NCBI GenBank assembly: GCA_965247385.1
Contig: CBDFHG010000005.1
Coordinates: 58,764-122,763 of the forward strand
Direction of reading: 5' to 3'
Length of the DNA stretch: 64,000 nt
Source: Thermohalobaculum sp.
Lineage (GTDB): Bacteria; Pseudomonadota; Alphaproteobacteria; Rhodobacterales; Rhodobacteraceae
The position numbers and the translations under genes are program-made. Shown here in pieces: positions 54,893 to 64,000 of this stretch. Each line of letters opens with the position of its first letter. Positions within the stretch are counted from its first letter, which is position 1. The notes beneath the pieces were generated by a model, which was not told where the DNA came from, did no database searches, and saw only the letters and a list, made by a program, of their open reading frames with translations.

Positions 54893-55531
54893 CTATTGCG
54901 CCCGGTCAAGTGCCTGCTCGATGATCTGTGCCGCCTTGTCGACGGCCGCGTCTATAGCCAATTCCGTCGTGTCCAGCAAGTGGGCTTCTTCATCCTGGCG
55001 CATCGGCGCATCGGCGCGTCCGGCGTCGCGGGCATCGCGTGAGCGCAGATCGACCCGAACCTGATCGATGGTGGCGTCTTCTCCGCGTTGGAGAAGTTCC
55101 CTGTGCCGCCGTCGGGCGCGGGTCTCGTCGCTGGCGATGACGAACAGCTTCACATTCGCCTGAGGGCAGATCACCGTGCCGATGTCGCGCCCGTCCAGCA
55201 CCGCGCCACCTTCGCGCGCGGCGAAGCGGCGTTGGAAATCCAGCAGGGCCATGCGCACTTCCGGGACTGCCGCCACTTTCGAGGCAGCGCGCGCAACCAT
55301 GGCGCCGCGCAGGCCTTCCGCCTCAAGGTCGGCGGGGGCCAGCTTCTTGGCGATCAGCGCTGCGACACCCTCATCCAACACACCGCGCCCCTGATCCATC
55401 GCCTTCTTGCCGACGGCGCGGTACAGCATCCCGGTATCCAGATGGGCAAAACCGAATCGCGCCGCGACCGCCCTGGCGATGGTTCCCTTGCCGGCAGCGG
55501 CGGGGCCATCGATGGCGACGACGAACTTCAT
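54893..55531 (-). CDS. cmk: (d)CMP kinase
   Basis: It has the P-loop [13 protein letters not shown], plus [10 protein letters not shown] and DGRDIGTV. Confidence 0.93.
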   Translation of the reverse strand: MKFVVAIDGPAAAGKGTIARAVAARFGFAHLDTGMLYRAVGKKAMDQGRGVLDEGVAALIAKKLAPADLEAEGLRGAMVARAASKVAAVPEVRMALLDFQRRFAAREGGAVLDGRDIGTVICPQANVKLFVIASDETRARRRHRELLQRGEDATIDQVRVDLRSRDARDAGRADAPMRQDEEAHLLDTTELAIDAAVDKAAQIIEQALDRAQ

Positions 55532-56904
55532 CAGCGGTTGACCTTGGTAATGATCGCGCCGAGATCGGACATAAGCCTGGTGAAAGACGGAAAGCTTGTA
55601 GCGATCGGTCCGGCGTCATCGATTGTGACCGGGTTCCGCGCGGCCAGGCCAAGGCACAGGAATGCCATCGCAATCCGGTGGTCGAGATGGGTCGCGACCA
55701 TGCCGCCGCCGGGAACGCCGCCCCGACCGTCGACCGGGCCACGGCCGTGAACGATCATGCTGTCCGGTTCCTCGGTCACCTCGACGCCATTCGCACGCAG
55801 TCCCGCCACCATGGCCGCGATGCGGTCGGATTCCTTCACCCGCAGTTCGCCGATCCCGCGCATCACCGTGTCGCCTTCGGCACAGGCGGCCAGCACCGCC
55901 AGCACCGGATACTCGTCGATCATGCTGGCGGCGCGCTCCGGCGGCACGTCGACGCCCTTCAGCAGCGAGAACCGGGCGCGCAGGTCGGCGACCGGTTCGC
56001 CACCCTCCTCGCGGAGATTCTCGCGGGTCAGATCGGCGCCCATTTCGGTCAACGTCTGGTAGAATCCGGCCCGCGTCGGATTAAGGCAAATGTTAGGCAC
56101 AGTGATCTCGGAGCCCTCGGCGATCAGGGCAGCCGCGACCGGGAATGCGGCGGAGGAGGGGTCGCGCGGCACAGCGATCTGCTGGGGTTCGAGCTCGGGT
56201 TGACCGGTCAACCGGATCGCCCGGCCTCCGCCCGACGCCGCCGAAAGTTCCTCCACTACCACCTCGGCGCCAAAACCGCGCAGCATCCGTTCGGTATGGT
56301 CGCGGGTTGCCTCGCGCTCGATCACCACCGTCTCGCCGGGGGCGTTGAGGCCCGCCAGCAGCACCGCCGATTTCACCTGCGCCGAGGGCACCGGCAGGGT
56401 GTACTCGACTGGCACCGGATTGGCCGCCCCGGTCAGGGTCAGCGGCAGCAGGCCGCCGGAGCGCCCCGCGAACCGCGCGCCGAACAGCGTCAACGGGTCG
56501 AGGATGCGCCCCATCGGACGCCGCCTCAGCGAGGCGTCGCCGGTAAATGTGGCGCTGATCGCGGTGGTCGCCACCATGCCCAAGATCAACCGCACAGCAG
56601 TGCCCGCATTGCCGCAATCGATCATGTTTTCGGGCTCCGCAAGGCCCCCAACGCCAACACCATGGATGGTCCAGGCTCCCTCGCCGGTGCGTGTTACGCC
56701 AGCGCCGAAGGCCCGCATGGCCTGCGCCGTGCCCAGCACATCCTCGCCTTCGAGAAGTCCGGTCACCCGGGTCTCGCCAACCGCCAAGGTGCCAAAGATC
56801 AGCGCGCGGTGCGAGACCGACTTATCGCCCGGCACCTCGGCCGTGCCCGAGAGGCGGGCGGCGCGCCGTGCGGCAACGGGACTGGGGGCCAGGGGGTGAG
56901 ACAT
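55531..56904 (-). CDS. aroA: 3-phosphoshikimate 1-carboxyvinyltransferase
   Basis: [14 protein letters not shown]...LEGEDV...GNAGTAVRL...KESDRI...DHRIAMAF are the EPSP synthase motifs. The start was chosen at MSHPLAP (56904). Confidence 0.95.
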   Translation of the reverse strand: MSHPLAPSPVAARRAARLSGTAEVPGDKSVSHRALIFGTLAVGETRVTGLLEGEDVLGTAQAMRAFGAGVTRTGEGAWTIHGVGVGGLAEPENMIDCGNAGTAVRLILGMVATTAISATFTGDASLRRRPMGRILDPLTLFGARFAGRSGGLLPLTLTGAANPVPVEYTLPVPSAQVKSAVLLAGLNAPGETVVIEREATRDHTERMLRGFGAEVVVEELSAASGGGRAIRLTGQPELEPQQIAVPRDPSSAAFPVAAALIAEGSEITVPNICLNPTRAGFYQTLTEMGADLTRENLREEGGEPVADLRARFSLLKGVDVPPERAASMIDEYPVLAVLAACAEGDTVMRGIGELRVKESDRIAAMVAGLRANGVEVTEEPDSMIVHGRGPVDGRGGVPGGGMVATHLDHRIAMAFLCLGLAARNPVTIDDAGPIATSFPSFTRLMSDLGAIITKVNR

Positions 56905-57076
56905 GTGGCAGGGCTCCGGAACGGGCAAGCATGGCGGCATATAGCGCCATCGGGGCCGCGCCGTCCAGCCGCCCGGAAAAGCCGCCGGGAAATGCGAAAG
57001 GCGTCGATCCGAAGGCTCGGGTCAACGCCCTTACGCTAAGCACACAGCACTGAATTCGCGTAGTAAATACCTGGCG

Positions 57077-57244
57077 ATGCAATTCGTGGCAGCCCTCAAA
57101 CAGCAGGGATTACCACCGCAGGAGATTGCGGATATCCTTGGCGTGAGCAAAGTTACGGTCAACACAGATATCCGCGAGATCAAGGACGGACAGGCGCGGG
57201 CTGCGGCCTTGCGCTCAGGCCCGGGAAGGAACCGGCATGGCTGA
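57077..57244 (+). CDS. Small HTH-containing ORF (55 aa), possibly a gene remnant, overlapping the Rpn gene start
   Basis: MQFVAALKQQGLPPQEIADILGVSKVTVNTDIREIKDGQ contains a classic helix-turn-helix (PQEIADILGVSKVTVNTDI). Its stop overlaps the next start (ATGGCTGA). It is below the ORF-track cutoff. Confidence 0.4.
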   Translation: MQFVAALKQQGLPPQEIADILGVSKVTVNTDIREIKDGQARAAALRSGPGRNRHG

Positions 57245-58334
57245 ATCGGCAGATCAAAAGCCCCCGGCAAAGATAAGCCACGATGCGCTGTTCCGGGTTT
57301 TGCTGGAGGATCCCGACCGGGCGGCCACGCTGCTGCGGGAATATCTGCCGCCGGCCCTGAGTGCGCGCCTGGCCGATGCGCCGCCAAAACTCCTGGATGG
57401 CACCTTCGTGGATGAGCACAGCCGGATGACGCAGAGCGACCGGCTGTTTGAGGTGAAGCTGACCGACGGCCCCCCTGCCCTGGTGTATACTTTGGTGGAG
57501 CATAAATCGGTGTCAGAACCCGGCACGCCGTTGCAGCTTCTGGGCTATATGGTCCGCATCTGGACGCGATACGCTGAGGACAAACCGGCACGGCTGCGCG
57601 CCCTGCCTGTCATCATCCCCCTGGTGTTCTACCACGGACGCGCTTCATGGGCCGTGCCGCAGGTTTTTGGTGAGATGGTGCAGATGGATGATGATACCGC
57701 GCCCTTCGTGCCGTCGTTTCGCTACGCGCTGCATGATCTGGGCACCATCCCGATGGAAGAGTTGTCGGGCGATGCGCCGGTCCGGGCGGTTCTGACCGCC
57801 TTGCGTTATGTACAACGCAATGATGAAGTGACCCGTGAGGTTCTGACGGTGCTGCTGCGCGATCTGCCGGACGGGACCGTATTGAAGAAGATCGTGTTTC
57901 GGTATATCGTCGAAAAATACGAGGTGCCGCTGGAAGATGTCAGAGCGGCACTGGACACCGCAAAGGATGGTGGAGGCAAAGCGCTGATGGGGACAATCGC
58001 AGAAGCACTGAAACAAGAAGGTAAAGCTGAAGGCGAAGCCAGAGGGCTGGCTGCCGGTGAGATACTTGGCCGTGAAAAAGGCCTTGCGGAAGGCCAGGCG
58101 CGCGCCAAAGCTGAGGGCAAAGCTGAGGGCAAAGCTGAGGGACTGGCTGAAGGTGAAGCCAGGGGCGAAGCCAGGTCCCTGATGCGCCTGCTGGTGAAGC
58201 GGTTTGGCCCCCTGCCCGAGCCTGTCGTCGCTCAGATTGCGGCGGGGAGCATTGAGGAGTTGGATCGCTGGGTGGACCGTGTTCTTGATGCCCCTGATCT
58301 GGAAGCCGTATTCGCGGATCGGCGGGATCACTGA
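57237..58334 (+). CDS. Rpn-family recombination-promoting nuclease / YhgA-like putative transposase with a repeat-rich C-terminal domain
   Basis: HDALFRVLLEDPDRAATLLREYLP...DRLFEVKL...LVYTLVEHKS...PVIIPLVFYHG is the PD-(D/E)xK Rpn core. The C-terminus carries KAEGEARG/KAEGKAEG repeats followed by LMRLLVKRFGPLPEPVVAQI...LDRWVDRVL (DUF4351-like). Confidence 0.85.
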   Translation: MAESADQKPPAKISHDALFRVLLEDPDRAATLLREYLPPALSARLADAPPKLLDGTFVDEHSRMTQSDRLFEVKLTDGPPALVYTLVEHKSVSEPGTPLQLLGYMVRIWTRYAEDKPARLRALPVIIPLVFYHGRASWAVPQVFGEMVQMDDDTAPFVPSFRYALHDLGTIPMEELSGDAPVRAVLTALRYVQRNDEVTREVLTVLLRDLPDGTVLKKIVFRYIVEKYEVPLEDVRAALDTAKDGGGKALMGTIAEALKQEGKAEGEARGLAAGEILGREKGLAEGQARAKAEGKAEGKAEGLAEGEARGEARSLMRLLVKRFGPLPEPVVAQIAAGSIEELDRWVDRVLDAPDLEAVFADRRDH

Positions 58335-58547
58335 ATTGGGTGCCGGACCCGGAAAACACGGCGGTGCCCGTTCGTGTGAAAAGGGCCGGGATTCGCAAAT
58401 GTCACAAGATTTGCGACACCAGGCGGTCGCGCGTAAAACAAAGGAAAAATCCATTGAAAAACATATGTGCGGCTCGCCAGTGCAACAGCTGGCTAAATCC
58501 AAGGAAGCAACCCTAATTCAGAAATGAGGTGAACGATACAATCTGAT

Positions 58548-58953
58548 ATGCACTTTTACGGAACTTATGTTTTGGCGCGAGCTGCCGGTATTTCAAAAGA
58601 TGATGCAGGTGTGATTGCGTACGCGGCTCAGTTTGTTGACGATTCAACTAAAACTGACAGCCAGACCCACAAAGATGGCGGGCTTCTTTACGGTACCGCG
58701 ACTGTCCATAGCAAAATGCAGGCTGTTGCGAACGCCAATGTTGATCGACTTGAACAACGACGGGTTTGGGTGCCGTTTCATTTTCTGCCAGGAGGCCAAG
58801 GTGATACTCTGGAAGAGCGCCTTCTCTGTGTAAAAAAACAGCGATATCGCAAACTCAATGCTCACTCACCATATTGAGACAGCCGCGAATGGACAATGCA
58901 AATTTGCACTGGAACTGGTTGGTGTTGCGGCACATGTGTATATGGATACATTT
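58548..58953 (+). pseudogene. Low-GC gene of unknown function, frameshifted in an A7 run and 3'-truncated by the ISL3 end
   Basis: MHFYGTYVLARAAGISKDDAGVIAYAAQFVDDSTKTD...RVWVPFHFLPGG...LLCVKK then shifts frame at aaaaaaa (58842-58848) to NSDIANSMLTHHIETAANGQCKFALELVGVAAHVYMDTF. The ISL3 terminus follows directly at 58954. Confidence 0.5.
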
Positions 58954-59330
58954 GGTTCTTCGACGTATCAAATGGATTTGACTATATCTCCGAGCGGGGC
59001 TGCGATCAAGTAGATCATGGTGATGAAGGTCTCGGTGTTGCGGTAGCCTCTGGCTCTTGCCCTGGCGGCCTGAAACAGTCCGTTCATTGCTTCCATGCGG
59101 GGCTTCCATGCGGGCGTTGCTGTGGATTGACGTCCAACGTTCGAGAATGCGCTTGGGATGTTTTTTGACCGTCTCCAGAGCCTTGCGGACGGCTTCGAGC
59201 AGCGGAGCGTCTCCGGTCTGTTCGTGTCGAGACGCTGTTCGACCAGCCGCCATGGTGGCGTGACCCCGAGGCCAAGAGCCAATACATCCTGAGCATCCAT
59301 CGCCTGTCCCTCCCTCCGTTGTTGTCTATG
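58954..59330 (-). mobile_element. Internally deleted, frameshifted ISL3-family remnant
   Basis: An N-terminal piece (MDAQDVLALGLGVTPPWRLVEQRLD) is joined to C-terminal pieces (..HPKRILERWTS..SNARMEA.NGLFQAARARARGYRNTETFITMIYLIAAPLGDIVKSI). The terminal ~50 bp is shared with 12030-12079. The upper boundary is approximate. Confidence 0.7.
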
Positions 59331-59412
59331 ATGACAGAGGGTAGCTGATTACGCCCTAAGTGACACCCTGAATTACAGGTTAAACGTCTAGGATTCTTGA
59401 CTCTTTGGGGTT

Positions 59413-60536
59413 CCCAAATCAGCGAAAGTCTGATTCTCTGTGATCGACGCAGAGAAGGAGGGAATGGCAATGGCAAGTGTCGAGATTACACGCACGGATA
59501 TGACGGCGGCGGAGTTGCGAGCGGCGGCGAGGGGCGCGAAGAATGGGCGCGCGGCGCAACGGATGCTGGCGCTGGTGCTGGAGGGGGCGGACCGGGCGAC
59601 CGCTGCGGCGACCTGCGGGATGGACCGGCAGACGTTGCGCGACTGGGTCCACCGCTACAACGCCGAGGGGCTGTCCGGCCTCTACAACCGCCCCTCGCCC
59701 GGCAAGCCGCCACTGCTTTCGGCGGCGCAGAAGGCCGCGCTCGCCGCGCAGGTGGAGAAGGGTCCCGACCCGGAGATCGACGGGGTGGTACGCTGGCGGT
59801 GCATTGATCTGAAGTGGTGGATGGAGGCGCAGTTCGGGGTCGTCATGCACGAGCGCACGGTCGGCAAGCAGCTGGCGGCGCTCGGCTATCGGCGGCTGTC
59901 GGTGCGTCCGCAACACCCGAAGGCCGACCCCGCGGAGCAGGAGGCGTTTAAAAAAACTTCTTCCGGACGGTAGCGGCGGCCCTCCCCGAGGCGGCGCGCG
60001 GCAAACCGCTCGAGATCTGGCTCCAGGATGAAGCCAGGGTGGGTCAGCAGGGCACGCTGACAAGGGTCTGGGCGAAGCGCGGCACCCGCCCCCGCGCCGT
60101 CCGCGACACGCGCTACAAATCGGCCTGCATTTTCGGCGCAGTCTGCCCTGACCGCGCCACCGCCGCCGGTCTGGTCATGCCCTTCGCCGACACCGAGGCG
60201 ATGAATGCCCACCTCGCCGAGATCGCCCGCGCCGTAGCCCCTGGTGCCCACGCGGCACTCGTCGCCGACGGTGCCGGCTGGCATGCCAGCAAGGACCTCA
60301 TAGTGCCCGACAACATCACGCTGATCATTCTCCCGCCATACGCGCCCGAACTCAATCCGGTCGAAAACGTCTGGCAATACCTGCGCGCCAACAAACTCGC
60401 CATAACCGTCTTCGATGGCTACGCCGACATCGTCGACAAATGCTGCACCGCATGGAACTTCTTCGCAAACGATACAGCCGCCATCGCCACCATCACCACA
60501 CGAAAATGGGCACAGGTCAATCGGTAGGGCGATTGG
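59413..60536 (+). mobile_element. IS630-family insertion sequence (boundaries approximate)
   Basis: It carries a two-ORF transposase. Weak terminal similarity exists between ccaaatcagcgaaagtctgattctctgtg (left) and the reverse complement of cacaggtcaatcggtagggcgattgg (right). TA sits at 60537-60538. Confidence 0.7.
59440..60527 (+). CDS. IS630-family transposase, two frames joined by a -1 shift at an A7 run
   Basis: OrfA has the HTH domains and ends ...PAEQEAFKKTSSGR. The -1 frame continues from the same A-run as KNFFRTVAAALPEAARGKPLEIWLQDEARVGQQGTLTRVWAKRG...ADGAGWH...LPPYAPELNPVENVWQYLR (the DDE domain). Confidence 0.85.
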
Positions 60537-60538
60537 TA

Positions 60539-61474
60539 TTACTTCCAGGATGCGATGACGTCCTGGTTTTTCTCAACCCACTCGGCGGCGGCCTCTTCCG
60601 GGGACATGCCGTCAACATCGACCATCAGCGATGCGGCGACGATCTGGGCGTTGGTGAAGTTGATCTTCTGCATCACACCCCAGGCGGCCGGCCACTCGTC
60701 GGAAATGCCCGACCAGGCAGCTTTCTTCAGCCAGCCGCCGCGCGGTGCGCCGCAATCGCCGGTCGCGTTCGGGTTCGGACCCCATGACGCGTCGTCGAAG
60801 CAGGCCGGCACCGGCTCGGGGAAGTCAACAAAGGTGCCTTCGAACTTGCTCTCGATGAAGTTCGGGGTCCAGTTGAACAGAACGATCGGCTCCTTGCGGT
60901 CATAGGCCGATTGCAGCTCGGCCCAGAGGCTCGCCTGTCCGACATTGATCGCCACCATATCCATCTCCAACGCCGTGATCCGGTCGGCGGAGTTCTTGCC
61001 CCAATCTGGCCCGACGAACCGGCCCTTGGGGGCGGTCTCGGCGGTGGCGAAGATCGCTGCGCAGGCGTTCAGCCCATCCCAGGTGCCCGCCGCCGGGCAG
61101 ACATCAAGCACATAGCTCGGAATCCACCACTCCTCACGTGTCTTCGCATCATGGGCGCCGGCGTCGATCATGCCTTCATCCGCGACGGCCGCCTCGAAAG
61201 CGGTCTTCATCGAACCTTCCCAGGCTTCGATCTGGAAATGCATGTCGCCATTGGCGATAGCACTGAACTGAAGCTGGCTGTCGGACGGGGCGTATTCGAC
61301 GGTGTAGCCCATGTCCTCGAGCACCAGCCCGACCACGGTGGACAGCACCAACTGGCTGGTCCAGTTGTTTTGCACGATGATGATCGGCTCGCTGGATTCC
61401 TGAGCCATTGCCGCCGGCGCCATCAGCGCGGCAGCGGCCACGCCCAGCGCAAGCTTGTGGAAAGATTTAGTCAA
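60539..61474 (-). CDS. Glycine betaine/TMAO-type (OpuAC/ProX fold, TmoX-like) ABC transporter substrate-binding protein
   Basis: It has a signal peptide (TKSFHKLALGVAAAALMAPAAMA) followed by IIIVQNNWTSQLVLSTVVGLVLEDMGYTVEY...HFQIEAWEG...EWWIPSYV...LFNWTPNF. The only start candidate is the TTG at 61474, with no visible SD. Sequence upstream of it in the long ORF is an IS66 scrap. Confidence 0.8.
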   Translation of the reverse strand: MTKSFHKLALGVAAAALMAPAAMAQESSEPIIIVQNNWTSQLVLSTVVGLVLEDMGYTVEYAPSDSQLQFSAIANGDMHFQIEAWEGSMKTAFEAAVADEGMIDAGAHDAKTREEWWIPSYVLDVCPAAGTWDGLNACAAIFATAETAPKGRFVGPDWGKNSADRITALEMDMVAINVGQASLWAELQSAYDRKEPIVLFNWTPNFIESKFEGTFVDFPEPVPACFDDASWGPNPNATGDCGAPRGGWLKKAAWSGISDEWPAAWGVMQKINFTNAQIVAASLMVDVDGMSPEEAAAEWVEKNQDVIASWK

Positions 61475-61800
61475 CGGAGCGAACGTTGGCGTGGAAGTCG
61501 GCTCCCCGGTTGGAGCGGAATCCCCGGTGACCTTGCGCAAGGTGGTTGAGGGGCGGATGGCTTGTTCCGCGCCGTTGTTGGTTGGCGGCACGCCGCGTTC
61601 GGTCATCAATGTGAACAGGCTGTCGCGGTCTTTGCCGGAGCGTTTGCGCAGACGAATTCCGTCTTTGTTGGCTGGCTGACAAGCCATAACCTTGTCCATT
61701 CGCCGGTCCAGGTCGCCCCGGTATTTCTGAAGCGTACTGTCCTTCAGACGCTTTCGCCGTCGGCCCGGAACACCGGCGCGCAAGATAGCTTGACTCATCG
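61470..61800 (-). pseudogene. IS66-family transposase C-terminal scrap (frameshifted)
   Basis: RLRKRSGKDRDSLFTLMTERGVPPTNNGAEQAIRPSTTLRKVTG is followed in another frame by GFRSNRGADFHANVRSV. Together these match the IS66 C-terminal pattern (..D.LFTF....VP.TNN.AE.A.RP.V..RK.SGG.RS..GA). Confidence 0.6.
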
Positions 61801-61842
61801 ATAGCTTGACTCATATCCACGCCCTCAATGCAAGAAAATTCT

Positions 61843-63240
61843 CTATATCCGGTGCCGATCAAACCCAGGAACGCGACCTTTGGGGTGGGTTGAGTCGTTA
61901 CCTTGCAGGTACGACTCGAGCGAGTCGTCCAGCGCGTCCTTCCATGGCGTATGATGCGCCGGCGCCATCGTCCCGGTGATCACCGAGCGGTAGCTGTTGT
62001 TACGGAAGGTCATGATGTCTGCCTTCTTGTGCTTCTTCCACTGGAAGAAGGCGTCGTTGGCACTGTCGATATCGAAGCTGGGATAGTCGGTCTCGGCGAT
62101 CAGTTCGCCGGTATAGGCGCCCTGGTAGCGGATGCAGGCGTAGTCATCTTCGAGCGCGTCCTCGGTCGCAATCCGGTCGTCCACATCGGCGACCAGCGTC
62201 GCCTTGTCGGACGGGATCTCGATCCGGCCCATGATCACGTCGCGCACCCACCAGGCCTGGGCGTCGAACATGTTGAAGGTGTACCACTGGTCCTGCATGC
62301 CCAGATAAAACAGCTTCGGGTTATGGACCCAGGCCACGCCCTTGTAGAGGTCGGCGGTCGCCAGCCGGTTGGCGGTTTTCAGCCGCAACGCGTCCGGCAG
62401 GAACGGGAAGTGGTGGATGTAGCCGGTGCAGAGGATGATCGCATCGACATCCTTGGTCGAGCCATCCTTGAAGGTGCAGGTATTGCCCTCGACCTTTTGG
62501 AGCAGCGGCACCTCGGCCCAGTTGTCGGGCCAGTTATAGCCCATCGGTGCGGTGCGGTGGCTGACGGTGACGGACTTGCAGCCATATTTCCAGCACTGCG
62601 AACCGATGTCCTCGGCCGAGTAGCTGGTGCCGATGATCAGAATGTCCTTGCCCTTGAATTCCATCGCATCGCGGAAATCATGGGCATGCAGAACCCGGCC
62701 GTTGAAGCTGGTGAAGCCCTCGAAATGCGGCACGTTCGGGGTCGAGAAATGCCCGGAGGCGACGATGACGTTGTCGAATTCCTCGTCGTATTCATGGTCG
62801 TCGATCAGATTGTCCGCGGTGACGGTGAACTTGCCGGCTCCCTCGTCATAGGCGACATGGCGCACCGCGGTGTTGAAGCGGATCATGTCGCGCACGTTGG
62901 CCTTCTTCACCCGGCCCTCGATATAGTCGAACAGCACGGCGCGCGGCGGGTACGAGGCGATCTGCTTGCCGAAATGCTCCTCGAAGGAATAATCGGCGAA
63001 CTCCAGCCCCTCCTTTGGGCCGTTTGACCACAGATAACGGTACATCGAGCAATGGACCGGTTCGCCATGTTCGTCCAGCCCGGTGCGCCATGTGTAGTTC
63101 CACAGGCCGCCCCAGTTGTCCTGCTTCTCGAAGCAGACGATCTCGGGAATTCCGGTGCCCGCCTTGGCAGCCGACTGGAACGCCCTGAGTTGCGCAAGCC
63201 CCGAAGGCCCGGCTCCGATTATCGCGACGCGTTTCGTCAT
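61843..63240 (-). CDS. tmm: Flavin-containing trimethylamine monooxygenase
   Basis: It has the FAD motif IIGAGPSG, the FMO motif [11 protein letters not shown] (FxGxxxHxxxF) and the NADPH motif [10 protein letters not shown]. Overall it resembles bacterial Tmm as described for Ruegeria/Methylocella. The start is at MTKRVAIIG (63240). Confidence 0.88.
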   Translation of the reverse strand: MTKRVAIIGAGPSGLAQLRAFQSAAKAGTGIPEIVCFEKQDNWGGLWNYTWRTGLDEHGEPVHCSMYRYLWSNGPKEGLEFADYSFEEHFGKQIASYPPRAVLFDYIEGRVKKANVRDMIRFNTAVRHVAYDEGAGKFTVTADNLIDDHEYDEEFDNVIVASGHFSTPNVPHFEGFTSFNGRVLHAHDFRDAMEFKGKDILIIGTSYSAEDIGSQCWKYGCKSVTVSHRTAPMGYNWPDNWAEVPLLQKVEGNTCTFKDGSTKDVDAIILCTGYIHHFPFLPDALRLKTANRLATADLYKGVAWVHNPKLFYLGMQDQWYTFNMFDAQAWWVRDVIMGRIEIPSDKATLVADVDDRIATEDALEDDYACIRYQGAYTGELIAETDYPSFDIDSANDAFFQWKKHKKADIMTFRNNSYRSVITGTMAPAHHTPWKDALDDSLESYLQGNDSTHPKGRVPGFDRHRI

Positions 63241-63268
63241 ATTGCGCTTTCTCCCATTTATTTGATCG

Positions 63269-63862
63269 TCATACCGGAGATGGATCAGCGCTGGATCGCG
63301 CCCAGCCCGGCTCGAAGCCGAGAATGATCGTGTCCGCCGCCAGGCCCGGATTGAACAACAGGTTGTGCCAGTAGGTCGCCTGGTGAAGCGGATTGCGCCC
63401 GGCCAGGGTCCAGACCCGGCATTCCAGGTCATAGCGCTGGTTGCAGGCTTCGAAGGTCAGGGTCACGCGGCCTGCCTCGCGGATGCTTGCCGCACCCGGC
63501 GATCCCGGCGGGAAGGTCGCGGTCAGGGTATCCGAGAACTCCGCCGCCTTCTGGTAGTAATATTCGCTGAAGAAGGTCAGCGCCGACTCGCGCCGCAACG
63601 CCGGGTCGTTGGTCTTGCGCACCAGATGGCGCATCTCGGGTGTCTTGGAAAATTTCGGCGACTTCGACATCAGGGTTATGATGTGACCCATCGGCGTGTC
63701 GTCCCCCGCCAGGGTCAGGGCCGGTGTGATGCCGTCGCCCGGGCGGCCCCGGTCATCGCGCATCATCATCTGGCGCACCCGGCACTGCCACCGCATGAAG
63801 CTGTCCCGCAGCGGGTTGCTGATGCCCTGCATCCGTAGCATTTCGCCGGGTTGAGCCATCAT
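63269..63862 (-). CDS. Conserved hypothetical protein upstream of tmm (197 aa from the Met at 63862)
   Basis: It is a long ORF with GC-rich third positions. The ATG at 63862 sits 1 nt after the stop of the upstream hydrolase gene. The longer 214-aa version would overlap that gene by ~50 nt. Confidence 0.6.
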   Translation of the reverse strand: MMAQPGEMLRMQGISNPLRDSFMRWQCRVRQMMMRDDRGRPGDGITPALTLAGDDTPMGHIITLMSKSPKFSKTPEMRHLVRKTNDPALRRESALTFFSEYYYQKAAEFSDTLTATFPPGSPGAASIREAGRVTLTFEACNQRYDLECRVWTLAGRNPLHQATYWHNLLFNPGLAADTIILGFEPGWARSSADPSPV

Positions 63863-63863
63863 C

Positions 63864-64000
63864 TCACGAAACCGCCTTTGCCAATTCCGCTGGCCGCCGA
63901 TAGTCGCGGTCATGGGTGAGGCTGGGAATCTTCGCGCGTGCGGCGCCTACCGCATCCAGATCAATGGTCGCCTGAACCACTCCCGGACCGGTGCCGCCGT
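63864..64000 (-). CDS. Carbon-nitrogen hydrolase (nitrilase superfamily) C-terminal end, partial at the window edge
   Basis: It translates to ..GGTGPGVVQATIDLDAVGAARAKIPSLTHDRDYRRPAELAKAVS stop. The ..IDL..V...R..IP.L.H.R ending is typical of C-N hydrolases. Confidence 0.55.
   Translation of the reverse strand, partial: GGTGPGVVQATIDLDAVGAARAKIPSLTHDRDYRRPAELAKAVS

Noticed and set aside
52772-55042. 756-aa plus-strand ORF
   Set aside because: It is antisense to sppA, rpsA and cmk, which makes it an impossible overlap. It is a shadow ORF.
55678-57039. 453-aa plus-strand ORF
   Set aside because: It is antisense to aroA.
61783-61813. Tandem duplication gatagcttgactcat x2
   Set aside because: It is a single 15-16 bp duplication at the edge of the IS66 scrap. 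It is probably a junction artefact of the rearrangement and has no further structure.
61903-63027. 374-aa plus-strand ORF
   Set aside because: It is antisense to tmm.

Overview
High-GC chromosomal segment that looks alphaproteobacterial (Rhodobacteraceae-like gene content). It holds several core housekeeping blocks: usp/TAXI-TRAP/PLP enzyme/Rieske oxygenase; esterase-gshB-BON lipoprotein; rsmI/LpoA-like/glnD/murJ; rhomboid/trpS/usp/nfu/tsaB/rimI/leuC...leuD; moeB-like/cysK/rrf2; dut/coaBC; trpA/trpB/trpF/lapA-like/ihfB/sppA/rpsA/cmk/aroA. Three IS-rich accessory patches interrupt these blocks. (i) 1-4.8 kb carries a truncated IS1380-family end abutting a full copy, AT-richer orphan genes, an IS5 scrap and a decayed IS30. 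(ii) About 15.09-22.98 kb is an ~8 kb island that pseudogenises yraN. It carries an IS5-type IS with CTAA duplications, a frameshifted gene, an unlisted DUF1508 gene, an intact mqsR/mqsA toxin-antitoxin pair, a second IS1380 copy, a MITE-like element, another IS5-type IS and an IS256 remnant. (iii) About 57.05-61.8 kb carries a small HTH ORF plus an Rpn-family nuclease, a truncated low-GC gene, an ISL3 remnant, an IS630 element with an A7 frameshift site and an IS66 scrap. This patch abuts a trimethylamine monooxygenase (tmm) locus with an orphan betaine/TMAO-type binding protein. I saw no rRNA, tRNA or CRISPR array. I did not find a convincing large novel multi-gene system. The items most worth follow-up are the IS-bracketed TAXI-TRAP/PLP/Rieske module, the mqsRA island and its nested insertions, the DUF2158-RGG protein inside the trp cluster, the decayed trpF-trpB spacer (GNAT pseudogene plus a weak cobalamin-riboswitch-like motif), the decarboxylase/MFS block splitting leuC and leuD, and the IS-scarred tmm locus. 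All family calls come from motif recognition by eye, and no searches were run.
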